A stretch of 64,000 nt of DNA from Octopus bimaculoides. Its lineage: Eukaryota. A program made the translations under genes and the position numbers. Below, one piece after another: positions 52,420 through 64,000 of the stretch. The notes below the pieces were generated by a model. That model saw only the letters and a list, made by a program, of their open reading frames with translations, made no database searches and had not been told where the DNA came from. Every line of letters begins with the position of its first letter. The stretch's first letter is position 1. Location of the stretch: NCBI RefSeq assembly GCF_001194135.2, contig NC_069005.1:22512656-22576655 (forward strand), written 5' to 3'.

Positions 52420-54244
52420 CCCTAGAGGATAGCTAGTTGCTGAAATCAACATTAACAGTTTATTAACAGCTAAAGGGACACTACCAAGAAATGTTAGAGA
52501 CTTCACAATTTAGATTAAAACAGAGATGACCACAGACAAGTTCAAAGGACAAAGTTTGTGGTCAGTGATCAGCCAGTGCTCTGATTCTACCTAAGAGATA
52601 GCTTTTTACCTATTTATGGATAGGTGTTGCCTTAATTTGTTTTTATATGCTAAACTTTTAATTTCTTTCGATACATATTGTATAGATAGCATATTTTCAC
52701 TACCTGGAGATGTATATATGCACACATCGCCAAATTGTGTGTGTGTGTGTGTGTGTGTGTGTGCACACGCACGCATTGATATTACTAAAACACACATGTA
52801 ATACAGCAAGGTAGAAGAATCATTAGCAAGCTCAGGAAAATGCTTAGCAGCATTTCATCCGTCTTTCTGTTCTGAGTTCAAATTCTGCCAAGGCCAACTT
52901 TGATTTTTGTCCTTTCGGGGTCGATTAAAAAAAGGAGTATATTTGGGCACTGAGGTCAATGTAATTGACTTACTCTCTTCCCCAAAATTGTTGGCCTTAT
53001 GCCGAAATTTGAAACCAATGTTAATCACACGAATGTATTGTAACCTCTTTTGTACAACATATTTTGTACTAGATGCACCCTTCTAACTAATTAAAAAAAA
53101 AAAATGGTGGCCATAGCAATGGTAGCGACGAATGTGGTAGTAGTGGTGGTAGCAGTGATAGTGGCAAATTAACAGGATCAGCATGTCAGACAAAATACTT
53201 TGAAGCATTTGCTCCAGCTCTTTATGTTCTAAGATCAAACCCCATCAAGGTCAACTTTACCTTCCACTCCTCTAGGGTTGACAAAACAAAGTAGCAGCCA
53301 AGTATTTGTGCGGGGTCAATGTAACTGACTGACTAACTCCCTTCACACTTAAATAGCGGTTTTGCACATAAATTACAAACACCGCAGCAGATTAATTAGT
53401 AATGCGGAAACTCTTGCATTTAATGATTTAGCTTTTTACATTTTGAGCTCAAACGTAACCAGGGTCAACTTTGAACGGGTCGTCCTCCAGTGAGTCAATA
53501 AATTAAATGCCAGTCAAGCACAGGGATTACATATAATCAAATGATCCCATCCTTACAATTTGTGGCTCTGTGCCTATATTAAGAATCATCATCATCATCA
53601 TCCTCACCATTCTAATCATCATCATAGCAGTCACCATAAACATCGCCGTCGTCATTATACATCCATTACACCATATTGGCATCAGTTAGTGTCACTACCT
53701 AGTGTAGTTTATTATCAGAACAGAGAAAACTGCTCGTCTTTAGCATGAACGTTACAGTTGCATACCCTCCCTATCAGCAACTACTTTTAAGCATGGATTA
53801 GGTGGATTGTATCATGGCACCAGCACTAGGGTGGTTGCCAGTGAGCAAAACTCATTATTAAAGGCCTCAGATTTGATCCTCTGCAACCCCAGGACTTTTT
53901 GTTAAAAATTACGGTGGCTTGCCGATATTAATAGAGCAACATTTATTATGCCTTGCATTATTTAGTCACAGCCCTTTCAGTTCCAAGTTCAGGCTCAATC
54001 CAGGTCAACTTTGCCTTTCATCTTTCCAGGACCAACCAAATAAAATACCAGTTAAGCATCAGGGTCAATAAAATCAACTGCTCCTCTTCCCTCAATTTCT
54101 GACTTTGTTCCTATGTTAGAAATTATTATGGTTATTATTATAATTATTATTATTATTATTATTATTGATGAAAGACTGAGATATGTGGTGCATTGCTGTA
54201 CACAAGTAGATACACTCACCACAACAGAATTGATATCCTAAAAC

Positions 54245-54570
54245 CAAGGTGTAACGTAAAAAGCACTGGTGTTGGTACCACATAAAAAAACACTAGTGAT
54301 GGTGGTATGCAAAAAGCCCTGGTGCTTGTTCCACATAAAAATCCCTAAGGTTGGTGGGTTCCACATAAAAAGTACTGGTGCTAGTCCCACGTAAAAAGCA
54401 CTGGTCATGGTGCCATGTAAAAAGCAGCCTGTACACTTTGCAAAAAAAGGGCATCCAGCTGTAGAAAGCAAGCCAAAACACTATGAAACCTGATGCAGCC
54501 CCTGGCCTTGCTATCAAGCTGTCCAACCCATACCAGCATGGGAAACAGACATTTTATCATCATCATCATC
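54245..54570 (+). mobile_element. RTE-type 3' end with decayed 26-bp tandem array
   Basis: About 7 degenerate TAAAAAGCACTGGTG..GGT.CCAC units, then the shared RTE tail. Same architecture as 1776-2236. Confidence 0.7.
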
Positions 54571-56312
54571 ATTAGCAATAGTGTTCAAATCTTGCATGCT
54601 GAGGGTCACTCTATAATCAACTGTACCCTCCCTCCAAAAACAGTAGCCTAGTTCTGATGTTAAATAACAATTATTACTCATTTAGTTCATTTCATTTCTC
54701 TGAAAGAATATTGATTGACTGCCAGAGATTCATACAAGGCAAAGAGGAAACTGATAGATTCACACCTTTCCCTCCATGGCATGGCAGCATCGACAGAGGT
54801 GGGGTACAGAAGTAGCTCCTTATCATTTGGAATGCTTCCTCAAAGAAGTCAGTTAGATATGAAAACTTTCTATTCTGTATGGCTATTGGCTATTACAGCA
54901 CTATGCGTGGCGTTATGCTATTACGTAAATGTATGCTTGGATGAATAAATAAAATGTGATCATATGACACACCAGTTGAATGTAAGTAAACTCTACCCTC
55001 GTCCTCTAACCCCATCCTCATCTCATACACACTGCTGTATTTATGTAGTAGTAAGATACAAGCCAAGGTTTATTCCATGTCTGCAACAAGAGAAACTATC
55101 ACAAACATAGAAGATAGACCAATAGATTAAAAAGAGATGGTTAAATTCTGAGATAGATAGACAAGCAGAGAGATAAATAGAGAAAGAAATCGATAGACAG
55201 TTATATACACAGAACAATTATATATATGTATGTATGTATGTTTGTGTGAATTATATATATACACACACATATACATAGACACGCACAGATATATTGACAT
55301 TCATTTACATCAGAAATATACATATGAAATACATCATATATACACAATGTATATATGATGTGTGTATGTGTGTGTGATTATTCTAAATATATACACACGC
55401 GCACACACACACACACACACACNNNNNNNNNNNNNNNNNNNNNNNNNNNNNNNNNNNNNNNNNNNNNNNNNNNNNNNNNNNNNNNNNNNNNNNNNNNNNN
55501 NNNNNNNNNNNNNNNNNNNNNNATATACACATATGAGAGATTTTAGAGATTTCTCCGATTTGATTGAGGCCATGCTAGGGCACAACCTTCAAGCATTTAG
55601 TTGATCATATTGACTCCAGCACTAATTTTGAGTCTGGTACATATTTTATCATTCTCTACCTGTCAAATCGCTAATGCCCATCCATAGAGGGACACTGGCA
55701 TAAACGAAACTGGGTTTCTATTTTTTTTCTTTTTAATGAAAACTGACACAGACTTTAAAGAAAGGTTTGGTGTAAATACAAGAAATAGAACTCAATATGC
55801 AAGAGTGTGTGTATGTGTGTGTGTGTGTGTTATAGATTGATAGATACATAGCTAGATACATACAGAGACAGACATAGATATTACAAGTGCAGGCATGACA
55901 GTATGGTTAAAAAGCTAACTTCCCAGCCATGTGGTCTTGGGTTCAGTCCTGCTGTGCAGCACTTAGGGCAAGTGTCTTCTACAAGAATTCTGGGCCAACC
56001 AAAGTTGTGAGAGGATTTGATAGGTGGAAACTGAAAGATGCTCCTCATGTGTGTGTGTGTGGGGGGGGGTACTCTTGGCTTGACACTACATGGTGGTCAT
56101 AAATGAGCATTACTGTCATACAAAGCAATGCTGTCTGTTTCTAGGCTTCCTTGGGAAACATGTCTGGCCATAGGGAAATGTTCCCTTGTTTGGAAACTGG
56201 TGAGGGTTGGCAAAAGGAAGGGCATCCAGCCATAGAATATCTGCCTTAACGAGGTGAAAACCTGAGCCATACAAGCAAAGAAAAGTGGACATTAATGACG
56301 ATAATGATTTCG

Positions 56313-56394
<82 letters not shown>

Positions 56395-56682
56395 CATACA
56401 CACACACACACACACACGTACGTGTGTGTGTGCTGGGACGCTGCCTTAAAAACTTTTTAGTCAAACAAATTGACCCCGGTACATATTTTTTTTTATTTAA
56501 GCCTGGTACTTATTCTATTGGTCTCTTTTTGCCAAACCACTAAGTCATGAGGATGTAAATACATTAACACTGGTTGTCAAGTGGTGGTGGTGGGGATAAA
56601 CACAGACACAGAGACACACACACACATACACATCACCATAACTTTCATTTAATGTCCATTTTCTATACTGGCATGGGTTGGA

Positions 56683-56719
<37 letters not shown>

Positions 56720-57244
56720 TACGAACAAGCTTCTTTCAGTTTCTCTCTACCAAATCCACTCACAAGGAGTTGATTGACTCAGAGCTATATTAGAAGACAC
56801 TTGCTCATGAGGCCACAGAGTGGCAGTCAACCCAAATATGTTGATTGGGAAGCAAAGGTCTTAACCACACAGCTATGCCTGAGCAAATACATATATAGAT
56901 GGTTCTTCATTGCTCTTTGATGACAAGAATTCAGGTGTTTGATCAACTGAGTTACCTGCTCAATGAATTAGCAATAAATTTGCATTCTGCAAACACATGC
57001 AGTAAGTCTCAAACATAATCAGTATCACATGGTATGTGACAAGGAAGACTGTGATTTGTCACAAGCATAATATGGGTGAATAATTAAACAGTTTTATTCA
57101 CAAGCACAAGGAATCTTAAGCATATAATCATTTTCTATTATCTCAGGTTGACCCATTTTTTGTGAGTGAAATTGCGTTAGCAGAAAATGAAAAGAAGCCC
57201 ATCAAATCATATGTGCAATTTCTTATATGTTTCTGTGTCTGTCT

Positions 57245-57987
57245 GTACCAGCGCAAGAGAGACGATTGCGCTGGTATGGACATGTGGTGAGAATGGATGA
57301 GGATAGCTGCGTGAAAAAGTGCCACACCCTAACAGTTGAGGGAACCCATGGAAGAGGTAGGCCCAGGAAGACCTGGGCTGAGGTGGTGAGGCAAGACCTT
57401 CGTACATTGGGCCTCACCGAGGCGATGACTACTGACCGGCACCTTTGGAAATGTGCTGTGCGTGAGAAGACCCGGCAAGCCAAGTAAGATCGTTGCCAGT
57501 GCCCCTGGACTGGCTCTTGTGCGGGTGGCACATAAGATGCACCATTTTGAGCGTGGCCGTTGCCAGTACCGCCTGACTGGCTTCCGTAGGATTTTCGAGC
57601 GAGATCGTTGCCAGTGCCCCTGGACTGGCTTNNNNNNNNNNNNNNNNNNNNNNNNNNNNNNNNNNNNNNNNNNNNNNNNNNNNNNNNNNNNNNNNNNNNN
57701 NNNNNNNNNNNNNNNNNNNNNNNNNNNNNNNNNNNNNNNNNNNNNNNNNNNNNNNNNNNNNNNNNNNNNNNNNNNNNGCGTGGCCGTTGCCAGTATCGCC
57801 TGACTGGCCTTCGTGCAGGTGACACGTAAAAGTACCTACTACACTCTCTGAGTGGTTGACGTTAGGAAGGGCATCCAGTTGTAGAAACTCTGCCAAATTT
57901 AGATTGGAGCCTGGTTTTGCTATCCGGTTTCACCAGTCCTCAGTCAAGTCGTCCAACCCATGCTAGCATGGAAAGCGGACGTTAAAC

Positions 57988-58020
<33 letters not shown>
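57245..58020 (+). mobile_element. 5'-truncated RTE LINE: RT C-terminus, repeat-containing 3' UTR and (GAT)n tail
   Basis: ORF ...QERRLRWYGHVVRMDEDSCVKKCHTLTVEGTHGRGRPRKTWAEVVRQDLRTLGLTEAMTTDRHLWKCAVREKTRQAK* carries the RTE hallmarks RLRW.GHV.RM and GRP...W. N-gap at 57632-57777. Confidence 0.92.
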
Positions 58021-58034
58021 ATATATTTTAGATG

Positions 58035-58370
58035 CAGACATGACTGTGTGGTAAGGAGTTTGCTTCCCAACCACATGGTTCCGGGTTCAGTCCTGCTGTG
58101 AGGCACTTTGGGCAAGTGTCTTCTACAATAGCTCTGGGCTGACCAAAGCCATGCGAGTGGATTTGGTAAATGGAAACTGAAAGAATCTCGTGTGTATGTG
58201 TTTGTCCACCACCACTGCTTAGCAACTGGTGTTGGTTAATTTACATCCCTATGGCTTAGCAGTTTGGCAAGAGACTGACAGAATAAGTATCAGGCTTAAA
58301 AGAAAATATGTACTGGGGGAGGGGGGGGGTTCTTTTGACTACAATTCTTCAAGGCAGTGACCCAAAGATG
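58035..58370 (+). mobile_element. SINE family A, near full length
   Basis: Head ATGACTGTGTGGTAAGGAGTTTGCTTCCCAACCACATGGTTCCGGGTTCAGTCC through the 3' half. Confidence 0.8.
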
Positions 58371-58371
58371 G

Positions 58372-58760
58372 GACTCTAGCAAGCACTTTGCATGGACTGA
58401 ACGATTCCCTTATCACATCCGACACAAACTGACCCCTCCACATTATGTATGACTTGTACCAGACAACCTCATGCACAAGTCTTTTGACGATGCATTCTGA
58501 AACTTTGAGATCCTTTGCAATGACTGACTTTCTCGAGTTTTCATCAATTATTTCTTGGCCTTTTTGTACAAAGTTGTGTGGTCTGATGATATTAAGACCC
58601 TCTGCATGTGTTTTGCATTTAGCTACTGATGTTGGAGCCTTGTTAGCAGCTTCCAGCTATTTTTGAACTTTGACAACTGAAGGATCAGGCAACTTTCAGG
58701 AAGTGAGTTATTTCTGTGTCATTATGCTGCTCTTTTAAGGTAATGATTACAGGGCACCTT
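58372..58760 (-). mobile_element. Tc1/mariner transposase N-terminal fragment (pseudogene)
   Basis: The minus strand reads IITLKEQHNDTEITHFLKVA*SF (frameshift) and then IRPHNFVQKGQEIIDENSRKSVIAKDLKVSECIVKRLVHEVVWYKSYIMWRGQFVS. This is a paired-like HTH region resembling DD37D/maT-type transposases. Confidence 0.8.
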
Positions 58761-58874
58761 TTCATTTGCAACGTTAACCTGAGACATTATTTATCCGAAG
58801 AGGTAAAAAAAAAAAAAAAGAAAAGAAAGTTAAAGCTCTTGAAAGAGGTATCCTCAAAAAAACTGACACACCCT

Positions 58875-59250
58875 GTGTATTCTCTCTCTTTTAGTCATTG
58901 GACTGTGGCCATGCTGGGGTACCACCATGAAAGGTTTAATCAAACAAATCAACCCCAGTACTTATTCTTTAAAGTCTAACACTTCTATCTGTCTCTTTAG
59001 CCAAACTACTAAGTTATGAGGATATAAACAAATCAACACTTGTCTACCAATGGCACAAATAAATATATGCACACAGACAAATATATATAAATTGGGCTTC
59101 TTTCAATATCTGTTTACTAAATCCACTCCAAGGCCTTGACTGGCCCAGGGCTATAGTAGAAGACACTTCCCCAAGGTGCCACACGCTAAGACCGAACCAG
59201 AACCATGTGATTAGGAATCAATCTTCTTAACACACAACAATACCTGTGCC
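58875..59250 (-). mobile_element. SINE family A, near full length, inverted relative to 58035-58370
   Basis: Reverse-complement match of the head and 3' half. Confidence 0.8.
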
Positions 59251-59820
59251 TCTGTGTGGGGGTGTGTGGTGGGGGACACAGACACACCTGAAACTAGTAT
59301 CATATTTAAAATGACATTAATTCTCCTTTACAAAAAAAAAAAAGCACCAAAAGTTACCGTTTTGTTTCTGATTTTTTTTTTGGGGGGGGGGTATTCTTTT
59401 TGTGTATGTTTGTGTTATTGTTTTTTTGCTGCCAGTTAATTTTCTTCCCTTTGTTTTCTCCTGATTGTTTTATAAAACAGAGGGGAAATAAAAGATATGA
59501 TCGCTATGGAAACAGGAGAGTTACTTATCAGAAGTGGAAGAGAGAGAGAGAGCAGTATCTACAGTAGCTGACTGATGCAAATAATGATGTTAAGATGATA
59601 TTGGATATTGTGATGGATTTACTGTCATACAGAATAGTGTGGCGTCATACAGAGTAGTGTGATAAAGTACAGAGCAGTAGAATATAACACCATTTTTGTA
59701 TATACTCTACGTTATATAACTATTTTATGATAACAAACAGACTCAAGGGACAAGGGCTGAGAGTTCCATGCATTGGCACTTATCGAACTAGTTACAGATT
59801 GAAGAGCTTTGGATTTATGC

Positions 59821-59886
<66 letters not shown>

Positions 59887-62297
59887 NNNNNNNNNNATAT
59901 ATATATACATAGATACATACACACACTGACTAATATTTAGTTAGCAGATGTAGATAAAGAGTAAATTATTTATATATATATATATATAAATCATTCTCTT
60001 TTTCTCTCTCTCTCTCTCTCTACCAAAGTTTAAATAAAACAACATCTAATGATATTTAAGTTTCTATAGCCTCTCCCTCAAAGTGATACACATGCCCCAC
60101 CAATAGGGTGGGCTTTGCTTCAGAAATGAGGCATAAGTAGGTAACAAGTGAATAAAAATTGCAATAAAATATAATTAAGACTTCCTTTGGCTATGTGAGT
60201 GCATGTGTGTGCATGCTTCTATGCTTACTTTGTCCATTCATAGTGGGATGCATATATTTTTTTTTTTTAATTAAAAAATGAAGCAGACATTGAGACACAA
60301 AAAAAGGGGGGATGTGAAACACAGGTCTATATTGTTGTTCCACCAGCCAAATCTCTCTATTATCACACACCTTACTGTCTTAAAACAGGAGTTTACATTC
60401 CAGTATTCAACTGATAATTATTTTATCGACGCTGAATGGATTAAAGGCAAAGTCAACCTCAGAGGAATTTGAACTCAGAATGTGAAGATGGACAAAATGC
60501 CACTTAAGTGGTACTTTGCCCAGCTTGCCACCTTCACTCTACTCAATATCCATACTACATTATACTATATTGTACCAATCTACACTAAATCACACCAATC
60601 TATACTGTACCTCAACATTCCAATAATACCATTTTTTAAAGACAGTAAGGTGTGTGATTCGAGAACTATGAGGCAGGTGAAACAACTGTGTACAGAGACT
60701 GCAATGACTTCCTCATGGGATATCACTTATGCTTTGGTGGAAAGAGAGAGCGGATGTGTGTGTGTGTGTAAAAGAAAAGTAGAAAAATGCAATTGGCATT
60801 TTTAAGCATGTGTGTGTAAATTTGTATATGCATATATTAAATGCACACACACACACACACACACAAAGGTTGGCAGTAGGTAACTAACCTGATAAAAGAG
60901 ATTCTAAACATTAAGAAAAAGTAAAGAATCTGGGCCGACGCTCCCCATTACCACCCACAGAAATACTAATACACATTCATTCAAACCCAGTTATTAACAT
61001 CCAATATGGCACTGGACAGTGTAAAAAGTGGGTCAGCAGAATATGGAGAGAATATGTGGTGGTAGCTGTGATGGTAGTGGAGGTGGTAGTAACAGCAGCA
61101 GTAGCAACAGTCCAAACATTTCCTGTCAGTTGTCCACTTAATTCCTATAATATATAACAGACAAACACAACACTGTAGCAAACTCCTTTAATTAATATAA
61201 ATATTCCACCTCACCCCTACCTGCCGGGTCACATTTTTTACAGTTTCCTTCAACAGCTGCACCCCCACCCACTCATTCATACAGTGTGACTGTTAGGAAA
61301 TTCTTTACTTGGGTTGCTTCATCTACCAGAAAATAGAAACCAAATCTCCCTTGAATCACATCCTGTTAACTTAAAAAAGAAAGGACACAAGATGGTTATG
61401 GTTGGAGAGGCCATAGGCTATACATACCTAATAAATAAGTGAGTACTATGTTATCAAAAGATGATGGAATGTCATATCACAGGCCTGCTATATCAGGCTT
61501 GGCCCAGGGTTTTATATCAAACCATATTATGTATCTGATCTCTAACATATGGTCCCAATCTGTATCCTGATTTATGTAAATCCTCTCACTTTTTACCAGG
61601 AAGTAATTGTTATTACAGCTGGGAGAGGGCATCTTACCCTTTGTGGCTTGGGTAATCCTTGATTTGTGTGTCTGTTGAGGATGGATTCTTGTATTCTTGA
61701 ACCCCACCACCACCACCACAATAGCGGACATTTTATTTTATTGCTGTGTTTTGGAGGGTTTTTTTCTACAATATGTAATCTCTCCCCTTTCTGTTTTGTA
61801 TCCCATTCCTTTGGGCTGCATACAACATCTTCAGCCCTTGTAGCCAATAAAGAAATTATTAATATGATGATAGAGTGCTGCTGATAAAAAAATCTTGTAG
61901 TATTTAACTATATCCCTTTTCAATTATATCCTTGCCAAGGTCAACTTTGTGTTTCACTCTTTCTGGGTTATAATACTGACACCAGTCAATTACTGGAGTC
62001 TATATATTCAACTGTATTCTCCTGCAAAATCTGGATTCACTATTATTAAATAATGTCTTGAAAATAAATTCTCTCCTCATTGGGTTTTTCCGTAATTGTT
62101 ATTAAAGCTCGTAGAGGTAAGAAGCAGGGTCTCTTCTGCCTGACATTGTGAAACAGGTATCAACTATCTTATCTCCATTAATCAATATGTTAATTATAAA
62201 ACAATGCTCTAGACTAAAACAAAAACTGAAAGAAAAAAAAATCTATTGTTCCATGTAATTCTGGTCTGTGCTACTTTCAATATTTGCTGAACCATTT

Positions 62298-62695
62298 TTC
62301 ATTGTTACCTGTGGAAGGGGTAGACCCAGGAAGACTTAGGATGAAGTGGAGAGAAAAGATCTTCAAACACCGGACCTCACTGAGGAAATGACACAGGACC
62401 AGGAGATGTGACGATTGGCTGTACTTGATAAACGTCAAGCGAAGTAAAATCCCTGTCTTCCACACATAAAGGCTTATCCTTTCAGGTGCTGCTACCACTT
62501 GAAAAGCTCCTGTGACAGTCACATGAAAAGAGCATCCAGCACACTCTTAAGTGGTTGGCATTAGGAAGGGCATCCAGCCATAGAAACCATACCACAACAA
62601 ACAGTTTGAGTCCAGACAGCTCCATGTCAAGCCATCCGACCCATGCCAGCATGGAGACCGGGCATTAAATGATGATGATGATAATGATGATGTTT
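62298..62695 (+). mobile_element. Older RTE LINE 3' fragment
   Basis: VTCGRGRPRKT*DEVERKDLQTPDLTEEMTQDQEM*RLAVLDKRQAK*, then the shared tail and (GAT)n. Confidence 0.85.
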
Positions 62696-62866
62696 CCATG
62701 TACAAAAAAAAGACAAAAACACTCATTACATGTGGTAGAGTTCATTAATTCAAATTCTTCAATTAGTTATTCAGTCAAAGTCAGGTGACATTCCTATTCC
62801 TATTCAGTCTCTTGAGTATGCAAACAAGAAACTAAGAGTAGCAGCCCAGTCAAGCATCAGCATTAA

Positions 62867-63062
62867 CCCTTTCACTGAAAAATTGAATTTCATGCTTATT
62901 CCTGTAATGACGTTAAGTGTCTATCAAAAATAGAATCAGTGTTTTCTGCAAGTCACGTTGCCTCACAAACCTTGACATAACTCAACAGAAGAAAGTTTCA
63001 AGTATGACATTCTTCAACAAAAGATAGATTGGAATATAAAACTGCTTTCCACAGTAAAAGGG
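62867..63062. mobile_element. piggyBac-like MITE
   Basis: TTAA|CCCTTTCACTG ... CAGTAAAAGGG|TGAA. The right TSD has one mismatch. Confidence 0.6.
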
Positions 63063-64000
63063 TGAAACACACACATCATCATCATCATCGTTTAACGTTC
63101 GCCTTCCATGCTAATATGGGTGGGATATATATACGTATACTTACAAAACATGAGTTAAGCAACAATAACTTGAATGGGCTAATGGTATGAATTTGGCTAA
63201 ATTAAGTTAGAAGGTGATGTACTAAATGTATATATAATTTTTTTTTTTTTTTTTTGAAACCTCTCTTAGTTGGCAAAAGCAAACCAAAATTGAGTGATAA
63301 TTATTTTATTGATTCTCAAAGAAAAGGAGAAAGAATTTTAAGAAATTACAAATTAATTTACATACTTAAGGGAAGGAAAGAAAACCCCACTTGATCTTTA
63401 TTTGCAGACAAGGAGTAACAATAGATATATATCAATTTGTTAGACTTCAACACCAACTAGATTGATAGGCCTAGCTAAGCTATATTATGCTAATGAAGTC
63501 TAACAGACAGAAACACGTCCACTGTTGTCCCTTGCTTGCAAACAAGGATCAAACGTTTCTTCTCTTAAGCAAGTAAATTAAATTAATTTCTTGAAATTTA
63601 TCACTCTTTTTTCTTTGAAAGTTACTAACAACTGCCACTAGGTTTTTGTTTTCTTTCTAAATATCAAATGTAAGTTTCAGTTAAGATTTTTTTTTGTCGC
63701 ATATAATACATCATCCTTTAATTTTATACATATATACATAAACAAATTAGCAAATTAACATCCAAGTGCTAAAGAAAAGAAAAAACAAGATTACATGAAG
63801 AGTCATGATACTATTATCAAAACTTCCCTGCATTATTATTATTATTATTTATGATAATGACTATATTAAATAGACATCAAAACCAATAAGGCAGCTTTAA
63901 GTAATCAAAGGAAGGTTAATACCTCATCATTCGATAATCTTCTTAAAGTGATTAATAATCCTTTCCAATAACAAACACTATACACATTTCTGATCTTAAC

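Overview
AT-rich, repeat-saturated animal genomic DNA from a gapped short-read assembly (10 N-runs). The repeat families look like those of Octopus (inference from recall, not a database search). I found no confidently identifiable protein-coding gene. Nearly all ORFs in the supplied track are microsatellite or N-gap artefacts, or decayed transposon pieces. What can be supported: a CpG-decayed tRNA-Asp(GUC) pseudogene (864-935, -); a degenerate CR1/L2-type LINE with APE and RT motifs (about 13.0-15.06 kb, -); several RTE LINE 3' ends, two with readable RT C-termini; a HERO/CRE-like 3' end; a Tc1/mariner transposase fragment; mariner, piggyBac-like and hAT MITEs, one pair nested; dozens of SINE copies from at least four families; and several Penelope-like element (PLE) fragments. 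The most interesting signal is a set of type I hammerhead-ribozyme-like folds tied to the PLE fragments. One is fully paired with a U4C core (26173-26218). One has a non-canonical CAGUGGA core and is duplicated in a fold-back structure (4904-5210). Several more are decayed. Weaker leads are a 16-nt match to miR-29, candidate minus-strand exons including an 18-nt microexon, and a symmetric TGACAG-octamer-TGACAG motif.
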